DNA of 63,839 nt, counting the filler, from Hyphochytrium catenoides (taxonomy: Eukaryota; Protista; Hyphochytriomycota): the NCBI GenBank assembly GCA_900088475.1. It is 5 parts of 5 records of this genome, joined end to end, with 100 filler letters (N's around TTAATTAATTAA, not from the genome) between each part and the next. Parts side by side here need not be neighbours in the genome. Positions count along the whole stretch, not along the records: positions 1 to 27,328 come from FLMG01004473.1; 4 more parts are not named here. One strand, given 5' to 3'. A model generated the notes under the pieces. It was not told the origin of the DNA and made no database searches. It saw only the letters and a program-made list of their open reading frames with translations. Shown here piece by piece: positions 10,967-24,736 of the stretch; position 1 is the stretch's first letter, and each line of letters starts with the position of its first letter. Made by a program: the position numbers and the translations under genes.

Positions 10967-13520
10967 ATGAAAGGCCGAGAAAAGACCTCATCGTCCCTCA
11001 GGAGGAGCTCTACACCAGGAATCCTCAGCACCATGACCGATATTCTTCGGCGACCAACTCTGTCATCAGCGTCTGGCGGGTTGTCAGTTGGCGCCCAAGC
11101 AATTCCAAATAATCTGGGCGATGACAAGCGTTATGGAAAGAGGCCAGGGGGAGATCTTCGCTCGGTGCTGACATCAGAAAGTGTGGGAGCTCGGAAAGGT
11201 ACTTCTATTTCCCCAATGCCTGAAGAAGATGAGACAGGGAACTGATTCAGAATTGTCGCGCAGGATCCAGCCCACCGCTCCCTGCACCAAGGAGCATACG
11301 TGAGAGAAGAACCAGCCTTCCTATTATCACGGATGAGAGACGAGACCAGCTATTGGAAGCCGCCCGGAGCCAAAGGATAGCTTGGATTGAAGGCACCAAC
11401 GCCTCAGACGACAATTGGGCGATTGGAAAGGGTAGGTTTAGGGCTGCCTATTTGCCACTTAAATCTAGAGTGACTTTGGTTTAATCGCCTTCTGAGTAGA
11501 CGGAATGAGTGGCAAGTTCCCAGGGCTCAAGGACGTGCTAGACTTCCTTCAAAGCTTAACCAATTTTGCTGAAACCAACCAAAATGACGTCCAGCACCGG
11601 AGGAGCAGCGAGCTGCGATCTACCTCCGAAGTTGACAACCAATACCTCGAAGGTAACGTATTTCTCTTCCTTCGTCCGTGCAGCTGAGGCCTAACGTACA
11701 GATGTAGGGCTGGCCGATCTCTCAGTCATTTCATTGGAGCGGCGAATGGAAGAGTTCAATATGCAGTACAAGGAGGTAAGGGATGAGACCAAAATACTTC
11801 GCCCTGTTCTTACAGGTGCCTCTAAATATCCTCTTACCTTGCAGTTCATCAGCTTTCTCAAAGATCCACAGTCATCGAGTATAGTTTATGAACTCCAAAG
11901 GTTTGTCACGGTATGTAGCTGGTCTCCTTACTTTGCCTTTCATCATCTCCTAATATTCTCTCTTCCCAAGTCTTTTGGCGATGTCGATGACGCGGAGACT
12001 GCCGCTGCGAGTTTCACAGAAGGAAGCTTGGGAAGGACAGTGCATAAGTTCATAAAGAAACTCCAGGTCTTGGGAGCGGTGTTTTTACAGCCAGAGAGAG
12101 CTTCTGACGTTCCCTTTATATAACTCACAGAAGGAAATCCAAGAGCGATCACTGGTTGCAGAGGTACCCAATGTCTTGGATGAAGATACGTGCTATGAGG
12201 TAAGCGAAAGTGAGGCCCGACGCCTTTCTCGCTCAACTTTGGTCTCTAACCAGTTAGCTGGGTGTCAGTGTTTGGAACGCTTTGTAATGGAGAAGCTGTA
12301 CGACCAAGTCTTTGCTTCTCGTACTGCAGACAGGTACTCCTAGCTTTTTCGAATATGGCCAACAATAGTTTCTGACGCTTAGCTAACGCATGGTTAGGGA
12401 GAAGGATGAAGTCTTGCATGCCCGTATCGCGTCCTTGGCTTTCATAAAAATGACCCATCTGGACATATCTCTGGAGGATGAGCGCTTCTTTCCGTACTGG
12501 AGTGAGGCACAGACGTCCTTAGGCAAACTTGCCAAATTCAGAGTATGGAATAGCCGTACGGGAAAGAAACGTCTCCGCTCACTCACTCATTCCGTGTTAA
12601 CGCTTGTCGCAGTCGCCAAGACAGAAGCTGGATGTTATTGTGCACGTTTGTCAGGTGCTGAGCGCAATGCTGAAGGCCTCACAGGAGTCCAACAAGCTCC
12701 ATGGAGCAGATGAGTTTCTTCCTGCATTAATTTACACAGTGCTACGGGTAAGTCTTTATAACTCTCGCTTGGGCAACGTCTGGTAGCCCCTTTCATTGCC
12801 CTTCCTCCCTAACACTTGCTATGTCGAGTTAGACGAATCCGCTCAACCTTCACAGCGAGCTAGAGTACATCGCAGAGTTTAGACGGCCTTCAAAGGTATG
12901 TGCAGGAAATGCGACTCCATCGCATGAAAGCGTCTTAATCCCTCTCCTCTTTCATAGATGACAGCTGAGTCAGGCTATTTATTCACCAACCTACAATCCG
13001 CCATATCGTTTCTAGAACATCTGGACAAGTCTTCTCTAAGCATTGAACCAGAGGAGTTTGAGGCTGGAATGCGGGGCAATCCGCCATCAGAATCAGCGGA
13101 GATTAATCCTGCTCCAACAACACCCGTTATGAAGGTAAGTCTTTACAGAGGTCCAAACGCGGTAGTAGGTCGCATCGTTCATCTGAAATTTAATCACTTC
13201 CTTCCCTTGGCAGGTCCGTCACCTGCAAGCCAAGGTCTCCATCCGTACTTTCTACGAGTCACGGCGCATGCGGCTGTACGGTCAAACCCCTTCTGGTTTA
13301 GTCAGAAGCATGCACCACGTAGATCCACTCTATCCATAGCTTCTGCCAAAGAGTGCCTTCTTAGGCCTCATCCATGCTCTCCTCCTACAGTAGCTCCTGT
13401 AGCGTGCGGTCGGTCTTCTTTGTCAAAATAGCTTCATCGCGTCTTGCATGTCTACCTCACGCAAGATGAACCTCCTGTCTCCTGTACACTACTGTCATCT
13501 GGACACCCTCCCCTTCATAA
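10967..13520 (+). CDS. VPS9-domain Rab5 guanine-nucleotide exchange factor (start and last exon approximate)
   Basis: Exons encode EKLYDQVF, KDEVLHARIASLAFI, SPRQKLDVIV, GADEFLPALIYTVLR, NPLNLHSELEYIAEFR and AESGYLFTNLQSAISFL, the canonical VPS9 motifs including catalytic GADE/D. Confidence 0.9.
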
Positions 13521-14256
13521 TTTTAATTAGAGGAACCTCTCTGTTGTTGATCTGCAAGAAGAAATGTAGAGGTTGACAGCAGATTTCCATAATGCAGTTA
13601 TCACCGGTGAGAGAAGGCTAATAATAGTACAGTAACTCGACTGAAAGATTTTGCAGTAGTTTGATGTCCAAAGTGTTCATTATTCAAAATAGAGTAAACT
13701 CTTCCTATGAAGATTCCAGATTATGGCTTGCCCCAGTCAGAATTTGACCGTTAGAGCTTCTCTCATTTCCAAATTTGGTGTTCACTTTCATCTGCAGAAA
13801 GGGAGTGGTCATCTAGTGCTACTCGGGTCACCTTATTCGGGTCGTTGATGTCAACACCTATTTGGGGGCTGTGATTACTGGCTAGCCCACAGCTTTGATT
13901 ACTGAGAAGATGCTGGTAACGGATGGATCTAGAAGATGGTTTCTGTGGGCAAAACCATGATAGGAAGATAAGAAGCAGAAGCAGGGAGCCGTGAAGCTCT
14001 CACGCCGCGCTGATGATGGAGCAGGCGGAGGAGCTACTGCTACCGCTCGCAGGGAACAGACAGGGAGCGGACACTGGTACAGCACAAGTGAACATGTCCT
14101 GAAGAGAACGCGTGATGCAGGCTTCCTGACGGGCCAACGGTCCTCGCACCTTTGAACCGACCCGTGTCCAATGAGAGCTAAAATATTAGGCGCAATACCA
14201 CTACACCTTTACCCCAGCCCACCGGAGGGAGTCAGCCTTGCTTAGAGGCCATCAAG

Positions 14257-16361
14257 ATGGAAGAAGACGAAGATGAAGAAGTTGCTTGTGCTTATAGCAT
14301 CATACTGCCTGAGTTGGCCACAAGTCTTGATCCAAACCATCAGCGGCACCGACCTCGACCCAAACCAATCACCGTGAGCGAAACCATCCCTCTAAAGAGG
14401 ACAGGAGGTCGTCTCGGAGAGAAGCGAATAAATAGCACCGCAAGCTCAGCGCTGTCTAGAGGTGAAGGTGAAGTGTTTCCTCGAACTTTGGGCGCAAGAC
14501 AACAGGCGAAAGACCGGACTTTGGGGTCAAGCGATGCGGCAAGTACCTCGTCCGAACAACAACTCCGAGCAGCCAGGTTGAAACAATATAGAATTAGACA
14601 CCGGGGACTCACAACCGCCCGTCAAGAAGAGAGGCGATTACAAGCGGAGGCGGCATCCTCTAAAGCGGCTCGTGAGCAGGCACTTAGAACGAAAGAGACA
14701 GAAGGTAGGCTCACCTTTAGTCAAACAAGAAGCATCCTATGCTGGTGCTGACACTCCCATAGCCGGATCTCGTATCCTAATTGGCCCTAAAAGCAGTGCT
14801 TTCTCTACAAATAATTAGAAAAATTGCGCACGGATGCCGTGAGAAGAGAGCGAGATGCAGCTGCGACGCGAATCCAGTCCATCGTTCGAGGCAGACTGGC
14901 TAAGCTTCGGACGGAGAACTTGAGATTTGCACGGCAACATTCCAGACGTAAGGAAGCTGCCGTAAAAATACAAGTAAGGTCATACTTCTATTTTCTCGAT
15001 CCCTTTTCATCAGGACGCAAGAAGGATTGATCCTCAGTCAACATCCAGGCTTGGGCTCGTGGCAACCAAAGCAGAGTAATCTACCGCCAATTGAAAGCAG
15101 CGAAGGAAAGTGTACAGCGCAAGTCGAGGCATAATGAAAGTGCTATTAGAATTCAAGCGCTCTACCGAGGCCACACCGTGCGAAGACGGAGGCGGGAGGA
15201 GGTCCGCCAGTACGCACAAAGAAACAGAAGAGATGTGGCCGCAGCAATCATCCAATGTACCTACAGGGAGTACCAGCAGTGGAGAAGGGAGTGCCTCGTC
15301 ATCCTTCACAATTCGTCTTTAGAATCCTCGAGACTGACAGCTAAGCAGAGCGGTCAAACCCCACAGGTACACCCATACACCATCACCTTCTTAGATATCC
15401 GCTACTGACACTGACATCCACACGCAGGTAGCTAAAGAAGATCACATAATGCCGGAGCAGATAAACGCAACAGAACATCCTCTTATGCCCCGTAGTTGTG
15501 AGATGGGGAAGCACGACGAACTTCGCACTACTTCTCCAGCCTGCCCTCCTTTCTTAGGAGATACGGCTAGTGGTGACAGTCATAGGTCCATTCAAGATAA
15601 TACTAAGCCCGTTAGAGACTACTCAGACTCTTTGCCAAGGGCCAAGTGCAGTCTGTGCTCCAATGGCATCCTAGGTTCGGACTATCATCTTCTTCCCCTC
15701 TGTCTCCAGCTTATGAAGGTGAAGTTCTGTATCACGTGTGTGCGGAGAGTTAGCGACTCATCCCGCCGAAGAAAGACCCTCGACATCACGCGCGAGCTCA
15801 AGAACCTCGCTCAGGTGGACGAGGCTCTCGAAGCCGTCACCGAGCAGCTTGAGCTCCTCAGCAGACAGGCAGAGATTATAAAGCTAAGATTGCAAAAGGA
15901 GCGGGAAATAGAGGTAAATAAGACCTGGCCTGACCTTGCATCGTCTTCGACTCCACTGCTCTGTTCAACCCCTCTGTTCCACCTTACAGGAGGCCCAGAA
16001 GCAGCTTCAGTTAGTCTGCGAAAAGAGCCCAGATAAGACCTTGACGGCAGCCGCAGTCAAATTATTGAACGACAGAAGCACTGAAGCTTTATTAGGAGCA
16101 GCCGAGACAGAGTGCTCAAAGCCAGTTCCTCTCGTGCTACCCGAACTACGAGATAGACAAAAGAGACGCAGTAGGAAACAAATCAAAGAAGCTCGGCGAA
16201 GCCCTCCACCACCACATTCGTTCTCTTCTACTTGTAGCCCTCTGAACGGGCCACTGGCCTCACCGCAACGCAGTCCCCTCACCACCAAGGCAGAGATGAA
16301 GAAGAAGAAGAACTCGGTTACGCTGCCAGACATTTTGTTAGGACGGCAAGCGCATCGGTGA
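14257..16361 (+). CDS. Multi-IQ-motif calmodulin-binding protein with coiled-coil C-terminal part
   Basis: IQ motifs AATRIQSIVRGRLAK, AAVKIQ/AWARG (split by an intron), AIRIQALYRGHTVR and AAIIQCTYR; exons joined by short GT-AG introns. Confidence 0.8.
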
Positions 16362-19150
16362 CATTCTTAAGTCCTTTAATGTCAGCTCATTGCTATTGGC
16401 TAGGAATAGCATCTAACCACATAAATTAGATATTATCTAGATATGCCAGGATTTGAGGCCAGGAAGGACCTGACTATCTCTGGCAGTCTGTAACTCTCGA
16501 GTATCTCCCTAGATAGAAGGCAGGAGCATTGGGCCAGGAAGAGAAGGTTTGGCTATTCACAAGTAGATCCCAGCTGTCCAGTCTAGCTCCGTGTCCAAGG
16601 ATGTGTGTCATGGCTATTCAGGACTACAAGAGACCAGGCTCTGCCCAAAAGCACCTGTTCCCTTGCTCCTTCATAATTGGAGGACAACAGTTTTGGGCGA
16701 TCGTCCTCCTTTCCCTCACCAGCTGTTGCCGATCGCATTAGCTTATTGTCCAGCAGCCAGTTCACATCGCCCCGACGCTTTGGCCGAGCCTACAATGCTA
16801 ACGAGTGCGAATGCGCTCTTGTCCTTTCAAGCAGACCTTTTACAGGGCCGCTCGGCCTTGGCGAAACATCTTTACAGCTGTCGTGACGACAAAGATGGGG
16901 GATAAGCTACGGTGTGCACGACTCAAAGCGGTGTTTTGTCTAGGTAGTTCTAGGGCAGTGCCGTATAAAAAGCAACGTGCTGCATAAATAGAACGGACCA
17001 GGTTCAAACAGATCTTCCATGTAGGAACCTGCCTGGCCTGAGACATACTTTTCAGAGCCAGCTGCTGGAACCTCACGCCTCGTCTCTGCTGCCAATCCCC
17101 AAGAGTTGCTTTTTACAGGCAACCGCCATCATCACAGGACTAAATGAGCGTATGAAGCAGAATACCTTCTTAGACGGCTGGAGGTCTGCCCCTACTCGGC
17201 GAGAAAGAAGAGCTGGCTTACTACTTACTACTATGGGCCGCCTCCCGCCTATCCCCCTCCCTTCTGTTAGGGTTTCCCCTATCTGCCGGTCTCTCTAGAA
17301 CTTAGCAAACAGCAGACTTAGTCCGATTGGTGACAACAGAGCATTGTGTTGACCCAAATCTCTTTGAGTCCTCCCCAAGAACTTCTTCCATCAATGATAT
17401 GCAGTCAAGGATGGGATGTCCAATTCTGTCATCAAAAGGAATGATCATCCTTGGTCGTCCTGCTACTTGTACCAACCCAACCGAGCCTACTCCCTTGACC
17501 TGCTAGAACTACCGCCATGGAATGAGTTCTATCTGAAGCTTTTCGAGTGGAGAGTAGCGCCAAGAAGGACGATGGGACATAATAGGGAAGGGTAGGACGG
17601 GACACAGAAGAAGAAAGAGAAGGACTTTGTGCCCTTGACCTGGCACAAGAAACAAATGCTGCCTCTATGAAATGTTATTGCACAAGATCTCTTTAGTAGG
17701 ATCCCTGTTTGTTGTCGCACAACAGAAGAAGAAGAAGGGGGGAAGAGGAGGGCCTTTTGAGCACCGTTGTAGTAGTTTCCTGTACACGGGCGCGTACACA
17801 CGGGACGGACAGCTGCTTGCTGGCTTTCCCACTGAAGCTCTTCTGGGTGGGAGTCAGAGTGACCGTGGGTCCCATAAGGACACGGGGATTTTGCCAATAG
17901 TTTTATTGTACCACGATAGCCCCCATTGGAATAGGTTTCCCTAGGGCAAAAGTGAGGATCGTCACTCTCTTAGACAGGAGTTCTACAGGCAGCTTTGAGG
18001 TAGAATGTCAAATTCTGTCTCTTGCCCCGTCCCTCTCTCATCACACCACTCTCTCCTAGGTCGCTTGCTGCTGTAACCAACTCTCATATCTCCCAGCCCT
18101 CGCTCTCGTTTGACACCCTTCTTAACCCTGTCTTCATCTTGTCTATTTCCGCTCTTTCTCCCCTCTCCTCTCTGCGTTAACTCAGTCAAAGCAGCCGCTG
18201 TCTTTCTTGCCTGTCCAACAGAGCCAGGCTTTGTTCCAAGAACAGCATCCATCTTCCTTTCTTTTGTTGGACCTCCTACCTTTTGAGAGTTCAACAGAGA
18301 AACTTCCAAATGACATTTGCTGTGTCGTAAAGGGACGACACAGCGACAACAGAGAACAAGGAAGGAGGAGGAAAAAGGGTTAGAGTGCTTGCTGGCTGTT
18401 CGCCCTGCTGCCCAGGTCTGGCGCAAGAAAAGAGGAGGACGAACAGAGGTCACCGGGATCCCGTCTTCCTTTTCTAGTAAGTTCCTTCTTTATTAGAGGG
18501 AGAAAGGGATGATGAACCAAATCCTGACCTTACCTTTCTCCTCCTGTTCCCCCTGCCTCTCGCACCCTTCGCTCTCCTTCTTCCCTCCTATGTTCTTTGC
18601 CATGAGCTAATGACCGTTGGACCCCTGATATTCTCGCCCCAGCATGGCTGTGGACGCCTGGGAAAGGAGAATGGATGAGTTCACTCAGAGAACAGCAATT
18701 CACTGTAGAAATCTCTTCTCTCTCTCTCTCTGGCCTTCTTTCCATCAGTCTCAAACGAACAGGATCTTCCTACTTCCTTAACTAAGAGTATATCACACTC
18801 TATCGCTGGTCAATTCGATCGACTGCGCCTGATACTCCCTCGCAGAAGCAAGAGCTGCATTTTGGGAAAGAAGAAGTGTCTAGTTAGCCCTTAATAAGCG
18901 CCAAACGTGCCGCCGCTGCGCGCCTCTCTGGCTTTCCTGCGAAAAGCTCGAATATCCGCCATTGCAGTCACTATAAGGACTTCGTACGATATCGCCCTGC
19001 CAGGGTCATTTTGGCTTCTGTATAGGGACAGTTCCTTAAGGAAGGAATAGAAAAGCAGCCGGCGCCATTAGAAGAACCATCAGATTGGATACTTCTCCCT
19101 GGTCTAAAGGAGCTATTCTCTCTCTTTGGTTCCAAGAGAAGCACTCTCAG

Positions 19151-19555
19151 ATGAACGCAGTCTCTCAGCCATTGCCTAAGGAACTAGCGGACACTCCAAT
19201 GAAGAACGCCGTAGCAGCTCCCTGTGCTTCCCTTTCTCTACTTCACACCGGGGAGAAGTACTGCCCTTGCGCTGACCACACTGCCATGATGGAGCAACAG
19301 AAGCGTCTCAGACGCAGGTTGTCAAGCGCGCCAAGCATCGTCATGACGGAAGAGTTTAATAGGAGCTCACTTCTGGAGACCGATACGGCGCAGTTGTTTC
19401 AGAGACCTATTGCCTGGGACCTGGATCTGCTCTCTACAGAAGTGAAGTTCAGCTTTGAGGATGAAGTCAGTATCGGCAACATCTTGGGCCTCGAGAAGGA
19501 GAAGAGCGCGCTGTATTGGTGGAAAGTCTGTGATGAGCTGGAACTGGAAGCATAG
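19151..19555 (+). CDS. Hypothetical single-exon protein (~134 aa)
   Basis: Open frame with protein-like composition (…RPIAWDLDLLSTEVKFSFEDEVSIGNILGLEKEKSALYWWKVCDELELEA*) in an otherwise gene-poor stretch; no family recognised. Confidence 0.35.
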   Translation: MNAVSQPLPKELADTPMKNAVAAPCASLSLLHTGEKYCPCADHTAMMEQQKRLRRRLSSAPSIVMTEEFNRSSLLETDTAQLFQRPIAWDLDLLSTEVKFSFEDEVSIGNILGLEKEKSALYWWKVCDELELEA

Positions 19556-20814
19556 CAAGCAACATTATGAGCTATTCCTTTGTCTTTTCCTCCTCCTGAG
19601 AGGCTTTTATATCTCCGAGTATTTATGGCAAGGAAGCTCTCATCATCCTCAATGTCTGGTGCCTGAGGTTGTCTATGATTCGAGGTGCTTTCAACGTCCA
19701 CTGTGTACAAGTGTAGCATAAACTCTGTAATATAATTAGTCATCATAAAGGCTATTCCTCGTCTTCTTGCTGACCAGTGACCACAAGTCATAAGGTTGAT
19801 GATAAGTGTACTGGATGAGCAGCTTTGAGGATAATCGGATAATGACTAGAGAGGTCATCACTGACTATACGTTGATGCTTGGCCTGTCTGTCATGGGCCA
19901 CGAACAAGTAGAGGTTGAACTAAACTGCCCATTTTTCGGAAACATCCTCCCCTTCCTGATGCTACTACAGGCGAGCTTCTCACCTCCGGGCACTCGCTTT
20001 TGCCTGGTCTCAATCTTCACATGGTCGGAAGCTGTGCCAAGAACCTGCTGGCGCGCTCGTTAGCTGAGCTTTTGTCTTGGATCTTCGTATCCAGCTGCAT
20101 GCTATTCCCAGAACTCCTATAAGTCTCAGTGGGAGGAGGAGGCCTTCAGTTCAGACGATGATCTCTTTGGAAGATTGATCATCAGCGCTCAGAGCTCCTG
20201 TGCTCTGTCTGAAGAAAGGGGATAGAGTGTCTCTATGCATGAGTGATTGGTACATCTTATACGGAATGTCAAGGGTGTAGACGTCTACTATCAGGGATAG
20301 TAATCTATGTTATCCCTAATGTACGTGACCACAGGGTGGGTGGGATATTTGAAGATAATAGCTTATGACGGGCATTGGAGAGGCTGGGCGGGCCAAAATG
20401 TCGTTGGGGGTTACAAATGATTCTGTCTCTTTTGCATGTGCTCAGCCCAGTCCTCAGTGCCACTACCTCCCATCTCGCTCTGTCTCGAACTTAACAAGCT
20501 ACTAGTCTATCATCATTGTCTCTCTGTTGCCCAATCGGTGGCTCTTCAGGCGCTGCGCTGTCGGCGTCGCGCTGGCACATCTTATCAAATCACTCCTCCT
20601 GCCGCCCTTCTTGCCCGATAAATATAGAAGCAAGGTGCTCTCTTGAAGCCCCAAGGCCGCCACAGACTTACCGCTGTCTCCAGGGATAACTATTGGCATC
20701 GCTGCCTAGCTGTCATTACTCGAACTGCCATCGAAGAGTTGCGCGACACTCCCCGTTCTGCATCAGCTTCGCTACCTTTAACTGCCTATCGCCAGCACCA
20801 AGACTATCTTAAGA

Positions 20815-22985
20815 ATGAACGATCCGTTCGCAGACCTTCTCTCTCCTCCTCAGCCTGCTCAGCAGAATATGCCTCCAAACCCGAACAATGGGTTCCGGAC
20901 GAATGGTCAACAACCAAGTATTGCTCCCTCTATGGGCGCAATGGGAAAACCTAATCCATTTAACACTACCACCATGGCCAACGCCCTCCCTCAGCGCCCG
21001 AATCCAACCGTCCAGGTGAACAACAGCGCCTTTGACCCACTAGCCGGCTTTGGCGCGTCCAACATGCAGAGAGGTCCCATCTCCCCTGGAATGTTGACGG
21101 GCCCAATCTCACCCCCGGCCAGTGGGTTTCCTATGTCACCAGTAGTATCTGTAGGGTCCCCGATGATGCAGCCGAGCCCGGTAATGATGAGTCCCACCCA
21201 GACCGCAAGCCATTCTCAACTACTGCCACCTTCGGCACCCGTTAATGACATGGAATCGATCTTTGGCATCTCCAGCCCCAGGCCGGGTGCTCAGGCACCA
21301 GCGCCTGGTGGATTGCCACTCTCGCCAACAGCCGGAGCCGGGAAATCTGAAGCTCTTCAGAAAAGGATGGCTTCAACCACCAAGACCCAAGTAGGTCTAT
21401 TTGACTTTTCGACCGTGAAAGAGATTACACTGACATTGACATTGTGTTGCAGGAATCCGCAAGACTCGGGGTAAACTTCGCAGCGTTTGCGGCTTCCCCA
21501 GCTGCTCCCGGCTCTTCTATCAAGCCAGCAGCACCTACAATCTCACAACCACAATCTCCAGCTACTAACAGCCGTATGTTGCATTTTCTGGCCTGTGTGA
21601 TTGAATGAGGCTCACCATCCGTTGCCTGTCTACAACAGAGAACATCTTTGGCTCAACAACGAGCTCTGGCAGTAGCGGTAGCCAGAATGCCCCTCAACAG
21701 ACTGTGCAGACATCTTCGGCCGCAGACTTCTTCCAGAAGGCTGGGTCTCGCGACTCTGGGGCAGAGTCAGATGGTAAGCATTCTGCCCTGACAAATCAAT
21801 GGGAATTCTAACCTGATTGCTACCAGATTCTGATGACGAGGAGCATGAATCCAACCACGGAGGTAGTTCAAGTGATTTTCATGGAGCCATCGAGAGCTCC
21901 GTTAATAGCGATCGGTTTGCTAACCCAGATGAGGGAGAAGACACCGAGTTCAGGTTCTCTGTTGGGGAGAACGCTGTTAAGTCTATTCAGGAAAACGAGT
22001 ACAATGCAGTCTTTGAGGAAGGTGTGTTACGAATGTCAACACGCTAAAGTGGACAACACTAACTGGAACTTGAATAGGAGTTAAGCTTGGTGTTCTAATG
22101 GAGAAGGTTGACCAGTGGGATGAGAAGAAGAAGGGTCGGTCAGAGCAAGCAGTCGTCAAGCTCGTAGTGGAAGGCGGTGCGGCAGACAATGCTGGCGTAC
22201 TCGTTGGGAGCATTGTGATCGCCGTTAACGAGCGCGACGTTTCCAAAGACAGCTACAACGACATTTTGGACATGCTTCGGACTGCTCCACGTCCTCTTAC
22301 GGTGCGGTTCGCCAAGCAGAAGGTGAACGAGGACCCATCAGTTCAGGGAGAGATCCTTTCTCGCGTATCCAGTAAGTGCACGAACATCAGGAACAACCAG
22401 GGGATGTTGGCTTACATAGGCTCTCTTGTCTAACTTCTGCTGCTTGCAGACGGAACCTTCAGTGTCGGTAACTTTAAGTCTGGCAGAGCGCAGTGGGTCA
22501 GCAAATACTATGCTTTTGGTGGGGCGGAGGCCGATATTCTGCAGCTCTTTGTCTCTAGACAGAAATATCATGAGGTAAAGAGACATTGCGTTTAGAATGC
22601 CGCTGTTCTCTTATGGACTGACTCGATTTATCCAGTGCGTCATTGCATTGTATGAAAACCGCCAAGTCACTACGCAAATTCATACCTTCCGGCTGAGTCG
22701 TGACCATCAATGTGGCCGCATCAAGAACAAGATGTATAAGAACTTTGGTATGTCGTCAGTAATAAGCGCCGGCACTACGATGGCAACGGAACCTCACAAT
22801 CACCCTTATCTCTAGGCCATCTTTACTATTTCTCCCTGAAGGTTCCATCCCTACGGTTCATCCCCGCCAAGTTCGCTTCCCGAGATCCCAACCAACTACG
22901 AGCCCTTCACACTCGAATCGTCAAGATTATCGACCAGAAGCGCAGGGAGTGTGCGCAGGCGATTGCCACCGGTGGCGTATACTAA
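20815..22985 (+). CDS. Pro/Ser-rich protein with a PDZ domain and a C-terminal PH-like region
   Basis: FEEG/KLGVLME...VVKLVVEGGAADNAGVLVGSIVIAVNERDVSKDSYNDILDMLRTAPRPLTVRF is a typical PDZ. C-terminal exons (WVSKYYAF...YYFSLKV...KFAS...LRALHTRI) have a PH-like pattern. Stop TAA at 22983-22985. Confidence 0.82.
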
Positions 22986-23131
22986 GCAAAGCAAAGAGAA
23001 TGTCGTTTTAAGAATTGCTATGTAGCTTCAGGTTAATGTAAATAACGACAAGAGGTCGGCCATGATATTGGATCTCAACCGTGGATTATTGTACAAACAA
23101 AGGTTCTCAAATCTGAGACGAAGGGCAAACG

Positions 23132-24736
23132 CTATGGATTATCCTCTGCGGGATCCGATTGCTCCATATTGCCGCATATCTCCTTCACACACCGCCACTT
23201 TTTCTGCAGAGAAGCGAAGAATTAAATGAACCTTCTCTTAAAAGTACTAAGTCTCTCCGTCGACGTACCTCAAAATCACTCTTCCACAGCCGAACAGTGC
23301 CATCGTCACCTGAGGAAGCAAGAACTGTTCCGGACACATTCCATTCCACTCGCCAAACCTAAGAAGGGAATATAAAGGCCACATTAGAACCCTAACGGCC
23401 GCACACCTGTTCACAGCTCCCTACCTCTGCCTGATGGTGGTCTTTGCATGCTAGCTGTTCTATCGTATAGTCAGCTTGTCCTTCTCGCTTACTTAGTTTC
23501 CATATTCTTATGGTATGGTCCTTGCTTGCCGTTGCCAATAGATGGTAAGATCTATACGAGAGTTATCAGGACACAACTGACAGCTGCTGAGTCCACGAGA
23601 CGGTACCTGCCCATGTTAGGAGCCCACGCAACGTCGTGCACGGAGTCTGTATGACCCACTAAGTCTGCTAAAACTTGCCATCTTCTATAGGAGTCGTTGA
23701 ACCCCCACACCTGCCACGCACCAGAGTCATGAGCTAGCATACTGCATCAAATGTTTGCAGTCAAAATACCTTAGCCGTCTCGCTATTGCTCCCTACCAGG
23801 AGCATCGGAACATCGAAGCGTGACTCATTCCAAGCTAAACAAGTTACACCTTTTTTGTCAGCTTGAAACTCCTCCTGCAAGAAGTCGGAATGTGGGAAAG
23901 AGTCCATAACAGGATCCTACTTCTCTTTGCTTATGAAACAGAGTATACCTGCAGTGGCCAGTGTGATATGTTCATAATGTCGATCGCCTCATATATCCGC
24001 ACGTAGCCGTCTGCGGATGCGGTAGCCTACAAAAGCGTAGAGTCAGGTGCCTTGGTTTACATCTCAAGGACCTAGCTGGGAATATACCAGTCTAAGGCCG
24101 AAGTGCTTTGGGGCGAACTTGACATCGGTTACTGAGTCTCTAGCGTCTACCAGCTGTGCTTGGCTCTTCCATTTCTCACCACCTACATCAAGGAGACCAT
24201 CTAGCATTTCATCTGTTAGTGATCGTAGTCTATAATAAGCAACCTAAGTTACTCTCACCTTGCTCCTCCCATATTGACACAGTTCTGTCGAATGAGCAAG
24301 ATGCGATTATCTTCAAGTAAGAGAAAGTGTGTTTAGAGCTGAAGTATATACTTGCATCGGCTAGTCTTTGGCTCACCTGGCCGAACTCTGGATGAGCCCA
24401 TGCAAGCTTCCAGACAGATCCTTGATGTGCATTCCACTCTGATACTTGTGTCCAACGACCATCGGGCCCACAATCCCAAACCTAGGGGACAGTTAGTATT
24501 GAAAAGCAGCCACCAGCTTGCTGTCATCTTTACCTTAATCTTGCGGTCAGAAGAGCAGCTTGCCAATCTCTTGCCATAGAAGTCATAGGCAACATCGTGG
24601 ATGAAGTCCCCATGATGGGTAGGAAACTGGCGGAAGATCCTCTACAAGAGTGACATCAGTTGAGCCCTTCGTGTAACCTTCACAACTACTGAGCAAGCTT
24701 AGCGACTGATATGCACGGGCCTTAGAAACTCACCAT
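23132..24736 (-). CDS. SEH1: Nucleoporin/GATOR2 WD40 protein Seh1
   Basis: Spliced product includes [81 protein letters not shown] and [26 protein letters not shown]. Confidence 0.95.

Noticed and set aside
16800-17220. Merlin/IS1595-like LLPI...AIIT...DGWRS fragment
   Set aside because: Spacing is wrong and no other transposase motifs are present; likely chance.
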